From Nanobdellota archaeon (GTDB lineage Archaea > Nanobdellota > Nanobdellia > Pacearchaeales > GW2011-AR1): DNA of 64,000 nt. Where the stretch lies: assembly GCA_038046005.1 (NCBI GenBank), contig JBBSXB010000001.1:52769-116768 (forward strand). Reading direction: 5' to 3'. A model generated the notes under the pieces. It was not told the origin of the DNA. It searched no databases and saw only the letters and a program-made list of their open reading frames with translations. Of the stretch, positions 55,757 through 64,000 are shown piece after piece. The translations under genes were made by a program, and so were the position numbers. The first letter of the stretch is position 1. Each line of letters opens with the position of its first letter.

Positions 55757-56551
55757 TCACTCTTCAATTTTTCTTATAAGGTCTGTAAATGCAGGTCTTG
55801 TGATTAAGACACCTGCGGTGATTCCTATTAATGTTGTAACTGCAAAACCTTTAAGCAAGCCTGCTCCAGCCCACAATAAAGGCAACAATGAAACAAAAAC
55901 AGTGAAATAAGAACCGAGTATAATTGCAAATGCTCTCTTCATTTTTTCTTTAAGACTAAGGACCTTTCCATGTTTAGCCTCATCTATGACCACAATTTGC
56001 TGATCGACTCCAGTACCAATAGTTGCAAGTATTCCTGCAATTCCGGGAAGGTCAATATTCCATTTTATCAAAGCAGCAATTCCCAGAATTATTATCACTT
56101 CAGAAAAGCTTGTCAACAACAATGCAAGAGAAGTTTTGATTTTTTTGTATCTTACAAAGATTATTATAGAGACTGCCAAGAAAGAGGCGATGCCTGTAAT
56201 AAAAATGGCCCGTGTAAAATCCTTTCCATCATTATCTCCTTGGTACATACATCCGCTGCCAAGATGAACAAAGTAAATTCTTCTTAGTGCACATTCTGTG
56301 GATAAGTTTATCGCAGCGCTTACATTTGACTGTAGAGTTTCCTCTTTATGTTTTTCACACCAGTCAATGTTGGGTTTACCAGTTTTGCCAATAGCATTTA
56401 TAACAACTGATGGTTTTGTTTCATCTAAGAAAGAGGCTAGATCTTTAATATTCGTTGGATCGACAATTTCTCGGTCAACTATTTCATAACCTAAACTGCT
56501 AGAAATTCTCGTACCCAAAAATCCTTTGCCAAAAACAATTTGTTCATCCAT
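55757..56551 (-). pseudogene. Chimeric ORF: N-terminal ~110 aa of an RmlD-type reductase fused in frame to a diverged copy of the last ~150 aa of SecD
   Basis: Residues 1-110 align with the RmlD N-terminus (IVFGKGFLG...PSVVINA...). Residues about 113-264 are about 60% identical to the SecD C-terminus encoded at 57654..58150. The junction lies at GK(D/E)FT, shared by both parents. Confidence 0.6.
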
Positions 56552-57573
56552 CTTTCAAAGGTCTCCACCAAGATTCATTTTCTCTATACCATTCCACTAA
56601 ATTTTTTAAACCTGTGTTAAAATCTGAATGTTTTGGCTCAAAACCTAGCCCTCTAAATTTTGAATCATCTATAGAATATCTAAAATCATGACCCTTTCTG
56701 TGATCTACTCTTTGCACCATTTCTTCACCAACCCCAAATATATCGAGAAGTGTTTTAGTAACGTCAGTATTTGTTCTCTCATTTCTTCCCGCAATGTTAT
56801 AAATTTCTCCAGGTTTTCCTTTTTGGGATAGATGTCATATTGCTCTACAGTTATCCTTTACATCCAGCCAATCTCTAACATTTAATCCAGGATTTTCTAG
56901 AGACCACATCAAGGGAACTTTCTTTCCATCAATAAGATGTGTTATAAACAAAGGTAAAAATTTTTCAGGAAATTGAAAAGGGCCGTAGTTGTTTGCACTT
57001 CTTGTCACAATTACTGGAAGGCCATGAGTATAAAAATAAGATCTTGCAAGATGCTCCGCTGCTGCCTTTGTTGCAGAATAAGGGCTTCTAAGGTTTAGCA
57101 CATCACCTTCTTTTGAAGATGGGCTAAACTCATCTAGACTTCCATACACTTCGTCTGTTGAAACTTGTAAAAAAAGACTAACATTACTTTTCAAAGAAGC
57201 TTCTAATAGATTACGCGTACCCCTAACATTTGTTTCAACAAAAGAAGAAGAATCACCAATACATCTGTCAACATGAGTTTCTGCCGCAAAATGAAAAACT
57301 ATATTAGGTTTATATTCATTAAAAATTTCAGACACTTCTGGTGAACAAATGTCTACTTGCTTGAATTTATATCTTGATCGCTTCCCAGTCCCAAGGCCTA
57401 ATATGCATGCACTCTAAATTTCTTCCCTGCCCCGCGTATGTTAGATTATCAACATTGCAAACTTGGTTTTCTTCTTTAAATTCTGGGTCGTGAAGTAAAT
57501 ACTCAATAAAGTTGCTCCCTATAAACCCGCTTCCGCCTGTGACTAGAATTCTTGGCATTTTAAAAGCCAACAA
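56544..57573 (-). pseudogene. rmlB: dTDP-glucose 4,6-dehydratase (rmlB) disrupted by one frameshift and one in-frame TGA
   Basis: N-terminal piece (ILVTGGSGFIGSNF...NVDNLTYAG) at 57367..57573. Central piece (HFAAETHVDR...STDEVYG...YSATKAA...NNYGP) at 56835..57335. In-frame TGA at 56835..56837, after which the C-terminus (KPGEIYNIAGRNE...DHRKGHDFRYSID...WW) continues in the same frame to 56544. A +1 shift sits in a G-run near 57384..57394. Confidence 0.7.
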
Positions 57574-57653
57574 AAAAAACTATTTAAAGTATTATGTAGC
57601 AGGAATATATATTATTCACTTCTAGATTTTATTCTACAAAATCAGCTATTTTT

Positions 57654-59174
57654 CTATTCGTGTATCCTTCTAACAATATCTGCAAATGCGGGCCTCGTGA
57701 TCAATATTCCAACAGTAACACTTAGTATAGTTGTTAAAGCAAATCCTTTTAACATTCCTGCCCCTGCCCAAAATAAAGGGAGCATTGCTGCTATAATTGT
57801 GAAGAAAGCTCCAAAAATAATGAACAGGGCCCTTTTTATCCTTTCTTTTGCACTTAAATGTTTATTAGAAGTAGCTTCATCTAGTATAACAATTTGGTCG
57901 TTTACCCCCGTTCCCATTCCAGCTATTATTCCCGCGATACTTGGAGCGTCTAAATTCCAGCCTATTAAAGCAGCAATTCCCAAAGTTATGAATGCTTCTG
58001 AGAACATTGTTAAGATTACAGAAAGGGTTAATTTTATTTTCCTGTATCTAACAAATAAAATAATTGAGATTATTACAAATACTAAAATTCCCAAAAAGAT
58101 TATGTTCTTGGTAAACTCTTTCCCAAGATTAGGAGATAAAGTGTCCAGCTTGACAATTTCCAGTTTATAAGGAAGACTCCCAGTTATCAGTATAGTTTGA
58201 AGATTATGCATTGATTCTTCAGCAGCAGTATAAGCATCTTCTTCTGTTGCACCAGAGCCAGAACCAGAAATAGATATTTGTGTTGTGACTCTTCCCTTAA
58301 GGCTGTCCCCAATTAAAAGAGTGTCAACAAGATTGTCATCTAGATAAAGGTCTAAATTTTTAGACAAATAACTTCCCTGCGCAGTTAAGTTTACGCTAAG
58401 ATTTTTTGTTAAGTCAGCATGTCTTTGTGCTGCTTGTTCACTTAGATAAACTGAAAATCTGAAACTACAGAAAAATCCTCCAGATTGCGAGGGAAAACAG
58501 CTTTCCACTCCTGCACAAGTTGCATCATTTCTGCAAACAGAGGTTATGTCTTTGTCTCCGCCTACAAAAGCGGTGTCGTTCCCTATTTTAGCTTCAAATT
58601 TCCCTTGTTGGGAAATAAGAGTTTCCAAATCTTTAGGTGTTGCACCAGCTATTTCAATTAATACAAAATTATTTCCGCTCAAATCTGAAACTGGAGCAAT
58701 AACCACATCCGCAATTCCATAAACATTAAACCTATTACTGATTACATCCACAAGATCTGTCATTTCTGAAGAAGTAAGATCTTTCTCCTTGGCTTTTATC
58801 AAAGCCCTAGACCCTCCAGAGAGATCAAGTCCCGTCTTGATATTTGTTTTAGGGATAGAAGAGACTGTTAAACCCAAAGATTGATTAGAGTAAACAATAA
58901 ACTCTCCCTCATTTGTTGTTATTATTGTTTTTAAATATTGATTTGAATAATTTTTAGCGCCGACAATTTTGGAAAAATCTTCTACACTAGAAATTTTTTC
59001 ACCATCAATAAAAGTAATAACCTGGCCCTGCCTAAGCCCCTCCGATAATTCTGTGGAATTTCTTTCAACACTTGTTATCACAACCCCCTTTTCTAAAGAC
59101 TTCCAAGGAGCGATTATTAAAAAGGCCAAAAGTAAAACAGTTAGCAAAATCCAAATCCTAAGCCCTAATTTCAT
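57654..59174 (-). CDS. secD: Protein-export membrane protein SecD
   Basis: 506 aa. N-terminal TM, large periplasmic domain, C-terminal 5-TM region with GTGVNDQIVILDE-type motif. Confidence 0.85.
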   Translation of the reverse strand: MKLGLRIWILLTVLLLAFLIIAPWKSLEKGVVITSVERNSTELSEGLRQGQVITFIDGEKISSVEDFSKIVGAKNYSNQYLKTIITTNEGEFIVYSNQSLGLTVSSIPKTNIKTGLDLSGGSRALIKAKEKDLTSSEMTDLVDVISNRFNVYGIADVVIAPVSDLSGNNFVLIEIAGATPKDLETLISQQGKFEAKIGNDTAFVGGDKDITSVCRNDATCAGVESCFPSQSGGFFCSFRFSVYLSEQAAQRHADLTKNLSVNLTAQGSYLSKNLDLYLDDNLVDTLLIGDSLKGRVTTQISISGSGSGATEEDAYTAAEESMHNLQTILITGSLPYKLEIVKLDTLSPNLGKEFTKNIIFLGILVFVIISIILFVRYRKIKLTLSVILTMFSEAFITLGIAALIGWNLDAPSIAGIIAGMGTGVNDQIVILDEATSNKHLSAKERIKRALFIIFGAFFTIIAAMLPLFWAGAGMLKGFALTTILSVTVGILITRPAFADIVRRIHE

Positions 59175-60124
59175 TTTATTCCTCTTTTGTCACAGTACCA
59201 TTTAATTATACTGGCGTTTGTGAGCCATGTGTTGAAGATATCTGCGCATAAACCGATAGCCAGTATTAAAAAAATCTGCCTAAATGAATCTGGAAGACCG
59301 GTGACTAGGAAAAAAGCAGGAAGTACGGCTGCCAAGGCAGTTAAAGTCATTAATATACCTGTTTTGAATGCACCGTAAATTCTTTTGTTCAAAGAATCTT
59401 CATGAGATTTTAATGCCCTAGATGTTAGCAATATGTCTGTATCAACAGAATAACCTATAAGCATTAAGAAAGCTGCAATTCCTGCGGCAGATATTTTTAC
59501 CTCGAAAAAGTTTAATACTGCTAAAGGCATAACTATGTCTGCAAAGACTGCAAATATGACTGCAATGCTTGGAATAAATGTTCTAAAAAGAAATAATATA
59601 ACAAAAGACATTAAGATAAATGATATTATAAGAGCCATTATTAATTGCTTGTAAAAACCTTGACTCAAAGTTGATCCGGTAAACTCTATTGTAGAATTTG
59701 CATCTGTTAATTCATAACCAAGTACTTTTTCAATTTCTAGTTTTAATGTTTGTGGTTCTGCCGAGCTTTCAATTATTAGTGCAATTTGTTTTTGGGATGT
59801 AATATCACTAAGACTTGTGAATGATACATCTGGAAATTTTGTTTTTAGTCCTGTTTCTAAGACTTCCCTGTTTATGTTTCCTTGCAATGTTATGGATGAC
59901 CCACCTGAGAGAGAAACATCTTTGTAAATGAAATCGCCATGATTTTGATAGAATATAACTAAATAGACCAGACATAAAGCCAGGACAATTAGAGGAATTA
60001 AAAGCAGAGTCTTATGGTGTTTGTCATACCAATGTTTATGTTCTTTGAATGTTTTATGTTTTTGCTCTTGCGCATGCTCTTTTTTTTCTTCTGTTTTTTC
60101 CGCGTGTTGCTCGCTGTTTTCCAT
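59171..60124 (-). CDS. secF: Protein-export membrane protein SecF
   Basis: 317 aa. ATGA-overlapped with secD (archaeal secF-secD order). Confidence 0.85.
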   Translation of the reverse strand: MENSEQHAEKTEEKKEHAQEQKHKTFKEHKHWYDKHHKTLLLIPLIVLALCLVYLVIFYQNHGDFIYKDVSLSGGSSITLQGNINREVLETGLKTKFPDVSFTSLSDITSQKQIALIIESSAEPQTLKLEIEKVLGYELTDANSTIEFTGSTLSQGFYKQLIMALIISFILMSFVILFLFRTFIPSIAVIFAVFADIVMPLAVLNFFEVKISAAGIAAFLMLIGYSVDTDILLTSRALKSHEDSLNKRIYGAFKTGILMTLTALAAVLPAFFLVTGLPDSFRQIFLILAIGLCADIFNTWLTNASIIKWYCDKRGIK

Positions 60125-60152
60125 TTTTTAATATAATAAATTGCCTTATTAA

Positions 60153-60223
60153 ATGCGCCGGCCGGGAGTCGAACCCGGGCAATTTGCTTGGAAGGCAAAT
60201 GTCATACCGTTAGACCACCAGCG
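60153..60223 (-). tRNA. tRNA-Gly (anticodon TCC)
   Basis: Cloverleaf folded by hand: acceptor GCGCTGG/CCGGCGC, anticodon arm TTTGC-CTTCCAA-GCAAA, T-arm CCGGG-TTCGACT-CCCGG, discriminator A. Confidence 0.85.
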
Positions 60224-60278
60224 CGAGTAAATTACAAATATAGCAGCGAAAAACAAGTTTTAAAGGTTTTCTGTAAAG

Positions 60279-60707
60279 TTAAAGAATATTGTGCTTCTTG
60301 AGAAATTCCAGATGAGTGGGAATTATATTATTTATTTCATTTTTTGTAAGAATTAACTCGCTCGCCTCATCATTAAGGAAAATTTTTCCGGGTTTTAATC
60401 CACAAAGAAAAACCAGTGAAATTGCATGCTGACCGCCCCTTTTCCAATCATCAAATTCCATAAATCCTAAAAATTTTTTAACATCTAAACCAATTCCTAA
60501 CTCTCTGCCTGAAATTCTTTGAATTGATTCTTGGACAATTTCACCAAACAAGACAGTTCCTCCAGGAAGATGCCATTTTCCTAAGTAGGGAGGGATTGAC
60601 CTTTTAGTTAGTAAAATTCCTTCTTTGCTTTTTATAATTAGATCAACACAAAGTCTGGGAACCTTTGAGTAAATTTCCTTAAATTCTTCAGGCGAAAGTT
60701 TTTTCAT
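60279..60707 (-). CDS. NUDIX hydrolase
   Basis: 142 aa. Nudix box GGTVLFGEIVQESIQRISGRELGI (Gx5Ex7REUxEExGU). Confidence 0.8.
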   Translation of the reverse strand: MKKLSPEEFKEIYSKVPRLCVDLIIKSKEGILLTKRSIPPYLGKWHLPGGTVLFGEIVQESIQRISGRELGIGLDVKKFLGFMEFDDWKRGGQHAISLVFLCGLKPGKIFLNDEASELILTKNEINNIIPTHLEFLKKHNIL

Positions 60708-60740
60708 TCTACGAAGATGAAAATTTATTTTAAATAATTA

Positions 60741-60815
60741 TGCCCGAGACAGGAGTTGAACCTGCGACCCCAAGGTTAGGAACCTTGTGCTCTATCCAGG
60801 CTGAGCTACCCGGGC
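60741..60815 (-). tRNA. tRNA-Arg (anticodon CCT)
   Basis: Acceptor GCCCGGG/CTCGGGC, D-arm GCTC-AGCCTGGAT-AGAGC, anticodon arm CAAGG-TTCCTAA-CCTTG, T-arm GCAGG-TTCAACT-CCTGT. Confidence 0.85.
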
Positions 60816-60825
60816 TTAAACTAAA

Positions 60826-60909
60826 TGCGGAGTACAGGATTTGAACCTGCGCAGGCACTAAGCCAATGGAGCCTTAATCCATCCCATTTGACCACTCTGG
60901 CAACTCCGC
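60826..60909 (-). tRNA. tRNA-Leu, class II (anticodon loop reads TTAAGGC, so anticodon AAG as folded)
   Basis: 84 nt. Acceptor GCGGAGT/ACTCCGC, 3-bp D-stem, anticodon arm ATGGA-TTAAGGC-TCCAT, 15-nt variable arm, T-arm GCAGG-TTCAAAT-CCTGT, discriminator A. Confidence 0.7.
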
Positions 60910-60940
60910 GTAAAAACCTACGGTTTTTTATCCCTCAAGC

Positions 60941-60970
60941 AACTTCCTCTCTTTGCCTCCAAAGGAAGTT
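60941..60970. other. Perfect 7-bp inverted repeat (AACTTCC-N16-GGAAGTT) between the divergent tRNA-Leu and 5S rRNA genes
   Basis: Seen directly: AACTTCCtctctttgcctccaaaGGAAGTT. Could be a hairpin or regulatory element in the shared promoter region. Confidence 0.4.
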
Positions 60971-61004
60971 TTAACAAAATTATCAAATATTAGCTGTATA
61001 AAAA

Positions 61005-61016
61005 GCTTTATAAATG
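61005..61016 (+). promoter_or_regulatory. Putative TATA box (TTTATAAAT) for 5S rRNA
   Basis: Located about 21-30 nt upstream of the predicted 5S 5' end. Confidence 0.35.
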
Positions 61017-61035
61017 CTATAAATCATAAACTTTT

Positions 61036-61150
61036 GGAGACGGCCATAGTAGATTGGAAACACCTGGTCTCTTTCCGAACCCAGAAGTTAAGCTTTCTAC
61101 GCCGTTGGTGTTAGTGGCCGAAAAGCTGCGAAGCTTCGGTGCTGTCTCTC
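61036..61150 (+). rRNA. rrf: 5S ribosomal RNA (unlinked to 16S/23S in this window)
   Basis: GGAGACGGCCATAG...CCTGGTCTC.TTCCGAACCCAGAAGTTAAGC...GCTGTCTC matches the conserved 5S helix I/loop A/helix II-III pattern. The 5' and 3' ends pair as helix I. Confidence 0.8.
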
Positions 61151-61205
61151 ATTTTTTTTCTTAAGTTTTCGCAAAGAATATAAAATAGTTTTAATTGATA
61201 TAATA

Positions 61206-61517
61206 ATGAAGAAAAAAATAACAAAAAAAGAAGCTGAGAAACAAGTAGAAGAATTCTTCCATAATATTCATGAAAAAAGTTCTAAGGATGTCAAAAAAAT
61301 AAAAAGACTTGCAATGTCATACAATATAAAACTTGGAGAAAAAAGAAAATTATTCTGCAAAGAGTGCTTTACCCCTTACAAAGAACCAAGTGTTAGAATC
61401 AAAAATGATTTTATAACAATAACCTGCGACAAGTGTGAGCATAAAAACAGATGGAAATTTGAAGGGGAATTAGACCTTAGCTCAATGACTCATGAAGAAG
61501 ATGAATGTGAGTGTTGA
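61206..61517 (+). CDS. rnp4: RNase P protein component 4 (Rpp21/RNP4)
   Basis: 103 aa. FCKECFTPYKEPSVRIKNDFITITCDKCEHKNRWKF zinc ribbon with the conserved R and spacing of archaeal Rpp21. Confidence 0.7.
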   Translation: MKKKITKKEAEKQVEEFFHNIHEKSSKDVKKIKRLAMSYNIKLGEKRKLFCKECFTPYKEPSVRIKNDFITITCDKCEHKNRWKFEGELDLSSMTHEEDECEC

Positions 61518-61718
61518 CTAACTCTTCTTGAATTTTCCAATCAATTCTATGTAATCAGCTTGTCCTAGCAACATTGATCTGCAGCAATATCTTTCAATTC
61601 CGAGTTCTTCGAAAACTTTTTGAGCAGACTCTCCGTTTTCATTAACTCTTTTCTTGAATTCTTCCCATAAATGTCCTATGGGTTTACCGCATGAAAAGCA
61701 TCTGACTGGAACTATCAT
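61518..61718 (-). CDS. rpoN: DNA-directed RNA polymerase subunit N (RpoN/Rpb10)
   Basis: 66 aa. MIVPVRCFSCGKPIG...YCCRSMLL metal-binding motif. Confidence 0.85.
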   Translation of the reverse strand: MIVPVRCFSCGKPIGHLWEEFKKRVNENGESAQKVFEELGIERYCCRSMLLGQADYIELIGKFKKS

Positions 61719-61792
61719 AATAATAAACCTGGATGTTGGTTTTTAAAGTTTACTATAGATAACTTTAAATAAAATGAGTGAAAAATAATATC

Positions 61793-62535
61793 ATGACTCC
61801 AGACAAGTTAATAGAACTAAAAAATGTTGCAAAGTATTATGAGATGGGCTAGGCGACAGTCAAGGCTCTTGACTCCATTAATTTAGTAATAGAAAAGGGG
61901 ATTTTGTCGCAATTATGGGGCCCAGCGGATCTGGAAAAAGCACAGCAATGAATCTAACAGGAAGTCTTGATTTGGCGACGAAAGGAGATATTTTTCTTTC
62001 CAATGAAAACATTGAAGATATGACTGAATCTGAACTGGCACAGCTGCGCGGGAAAAAAATAGGATTGATTTTTCAGCAATTTAACCTTATCCCAAATTTA
62101 ACTGCGAAAGAAAATATAATGCTGCCAATGTTATTCCAGGGCATTAGCAAAGACGAAAGAGAAAGAAAAGCTAAAGAACTTTTGAAGCTTGTAGAATTGA
62201 CCGACAGAGAAGAACATTACCCAAACCAGCTTTCCGGAGGGCAGCAACAAAGAGTGGCGATTGCTCGTTCTTTGGCTAATGATCCAGAGATAATTTTAGC
62301 AGATGAGCCCACGGGAAATTTAGACAGCAAGACCGGTAAAAAAGTCATGGAATTTCTAAAAAAACTTAATGAAAAAGATAGAACAATAATAATTGTGACG
62401 CACGATCCAAATTTAGCTAGAGAGTATGCAAAAACAATTTATTCTCTAAGAGATGGAGTAATTGAGTCAGTTGAGAGAAAAACAAAAAATTCTTGGAAAA
62501 AAATAAGGGAAGAGAAAAACAAAAAAGGGGGATAA
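61793..62535 (+). pseudogene. ABC transporter ATP-binding protein (MacB/LolD-like) disrupted by an in-frame TAG and a -1 frameshift
   Basis: MTPDKLIELKNVAKYYEMG-TAG(61850..61852)-ATVKALDSINLVIEKG, then a 4-G run (61897..61900) where 5 Gs would be needed to stay in frame. The intact remainder begins at MGPSGSGKST (61915). Walker A/B, signature LSGGQQQR and H-loop are present. Confidence 0.7.
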
Positions 62536-62570
62536 ACTGTCAAAATTGATTCTGGCTTTTAATTTTTACA

Positions 62571-63789
62571 ATGATTAAAGATTATTTTACACTTGCTTTT
62601 GGGAGTGTCAGGCATAGGGGGTTAAGAAGTTGGCTCACGATGCTTGGGGTTTTTATTGGAATCGCTGCAGTTGTTTCATTAATCTCCATGGGCCAAGGAT
62701 TGAAAACAGCCGTTACTGGCCAATTTGGAGCTTTATCAGTTGACAAATTAACTATCCAGAACAAAGGAACAGCATTTGGGCCTCCTGGAAGCACTGTTGT
62801 TGAAAAATTAAATGACGGGGATGTAAGAATAATAACAGAGGCTAGGGGGGTTGATAAAGTGGTCACGAGGCTGATAAGAGTTGTAAATTTAGAGTATAAT
62901 AAAGTTGCAGAGTTTACGTATATGGGAGACATTCCCAATACTCAAGAAGGAGCAAATTTGGTTTATACAAGTCTTAATGTTGGCGCAAAAGAAGGCAGAC
63001 TTTTAAAACCTGATGACAGTGGAAAAGTCTTATTGGGAAATAATTTTGAAAACAACCAAAATTTTGGGAAGAAAGTTCAAGTTGGGAAAACAATAAAATT
63101 AAACGGAAAAGATTTTGAGATTGTTGGAATTCTTGAGAAAAGCAGCAGTTTACAAATTAATGGAGTAGCTTTAACCACAACTAAAGATTTGGAAGATTTG
63201 CTCAATATAAAAAATGAGTATGATTTGATTATTGCACAGGTAACAGATCAAAATGAGATAGAAAGTGTTGCAGCAGATATTGAGAACAGACTAAGAAAAG
63301 CTCGGAATGAAAAAGTTGGGGAAGAAAGTTTTAGTGTACAAACGCCCATTGAGGCATTGGGTTCTGTCACAACTATACTAGATATTGTCAACATAGTGGT
63401 TGTGGGTATTGCAATGATTTCATTGCTCGTCGGAGGAATTGGAATTGCAAACACAATGTACACAAGTGTAATTGAGAGGAGAAAACAAATAGGCGTAATG
63501 AAAGCTGTTGGAGCAAGAAATAAAGATATTTTACATATTTTTGATTGAGTCTGGGCTTTTGGGTTTCACTGGAGCAGCTATGGGGGTTTTATTGGGATTT
63601 TTAGCGAGCAAAATGATAGAGTACATTGCAATTAATATGTTAAAAACAAATTTGCTTCAAGTTGCCGCGCCAGTTTACCTTATTTTAGGGTGTTTAACTT
63701 TTGGTTTTTTAATTGGGGCTATATCTGGGACTTTCCCAGCAATAAGAGCGTCAAAAGTTAACATTGTTGATGCTTTGCGTTACGAATAA
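62571..63789 (+). pseudogene. ABC transporter permease (FtsX/MacB-type) interrupted by a +1 frameshift in a T5 run
   Basis: Track ORFs 62571..63548 and 63508..63789 are consecutive parts of one FtsX-domain permease (ends PAIRASKVNIVDALRYE). The frame changes at the T-run 63538..63542. One fewer T would restore ...KDILHILIESGLLGF... Confidence 0.65.
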
Positions 63790-63876
63790 TTAAAAAATAT
63801 TAACAAACAGTGAACACAAATCTTTATAAATAGGATTTTACTTTGAAAGACTAATAAAAAGAAGTTGGAAAATAAA

Positions 63877-64000
63877 ATGAAAAAGTGTATTTATTGCAGT
63901 GCCGAAATTCCTTCTGAGAGTGTAATTGATTTCTGCCACAGATGTGGTGTTGGTGTTTGGGGAGAAAAAATGTTCAAAGCAATACTTCAAAATATGGAGG
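63877..64000 (+). CDS. Partial ORF, putative zinc-ribbon protein (runs off the window end)
   Basis: [33 protein letters not shown]... with C-x2-C...C-x2-C. Incomplete. Confidence 0.25.
   Translation, partial: MKKCIYCSAEIPSESVIDFCHRCGVGVWGEKMFKAILQNME

Noticed and set aside
56544-56834. Initial impression that the rmlB C-terminus lies in a third reading frame
   Set aside because: Re-translation shows it is in the same frame as the central fragment. Only an in-frame TGA separates them.
56835-56837. Possibility that the in-frame TGA (rmlB) and TAG (ABC ATPase, 61850..61852) reflect stop-codon reassignment
   Set aside because: Neighbouring well-conserved genes terminate with TGA (helicase, 9463..9465) and TAG (L40e, 1896..1898) exactly where their homologues end. 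So all three stop codons function as stops in this genome.
57697-58170. Plus-strand ORFs inside secD and in the rmlB/secD-remnant region (57697..58170, 55970..56287, 56298..56489, 58969..59205, 59187..59378)
   Set aside because: Antisense to strongly supported membrane-protein genes, with hydrophobic mirror-frame artefacts typical of AT-rich DNA.
1-64000. Looked for CRISPR arrays, tandem repeats, IS elements/transposases, integrases next to the five tRNAs, and toxin-antitoxin pairs
   Set aside because: No regularly spaced direct repeats, no transposase, integrase or recombinase-like ORFs. Only short features were found: the 18-nt direct repeat at P0 and a 7-bp palindrome near 5S. The tRNAs are not attached to obvious islands.

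Overview
This 64 kb window is low-GC (about 30%) archaeal DNA. The gene set points to a small-genome DPANN-type archaeon: archaeal or eukaryote-only ribosomal proteins (L40e, S4e, L32e, L19e, P0/P1), aIF5A, aSUI1, RNase P Rpp21, RpoN, an intron-containing tRNA and Shine-Dalgarno-led genes. Approximate layout, left to right:
- 1-1.9 kb: ftsZ 5' end, an FKBP-type PPIase, aIF5A and L40e.
- 1.9-4.7 kb: a site-2 protease and several small unknown ORFs.
- 4.8-6.9 kb: the L1-P0-P1 ribosomal operon, interrupted by one extra ORF.
- 7.4-9.5 kb: tRNA-Thr and an XPD-like Fe-S helicase.
- 9.9-14.3 kb: an intron-containing tRNA-Ser, AMP phosphorylase, an AI-2E permease and unknown ORFs.
- 14.3-28.6 kb: the long L3...L15-SecY ribosomal operon, interrupted by three extra ORFs.
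- 28.7-31.6 kb: a DUF106/YidC-like insertase, two FkbM methyltransferases, prefoldin alpha and an e2b2-family (putative ribose-1,5-bisphosphate isomerase) gene.
- 32.5-55.7 kb: an N-glycosylation and surface-polysaccharide island of about 25 kb (AglH, AglB/STT3, WecB, five glycosyltransferases, NDP-sugar epimerases/dehydratases, a DegT aminotransferase, methyltransferases, an LbH acetyltransferase, AsnB, a flippase).
- 55.7-57.6 kb: a decayed island border. A truncated rmlD is fused to a diverged copy of the secD 3' end, next to an rmlB pseudogene.
- 57.6-61.7 kb: secFD, then tRNA-Gly, a Nudix gene, tRNA-Arg, tRNA-Leu, an unlinked 5S rRNA, Rpp21 and RpoN.
- 61.8-64 kb: an ABC transporter operon with a nonsense codon and homopolymer frameshifts.
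The most unusual point is that four tightly coupled, unrecognisable ORFs are intercalated into the otherwise universally conserved ribosomal-protein operons. One of them is flanked by an 18-nt direct repeat that duplicates the 3' end of P0. No CRISPR arrays, transposases or integrases were seen.
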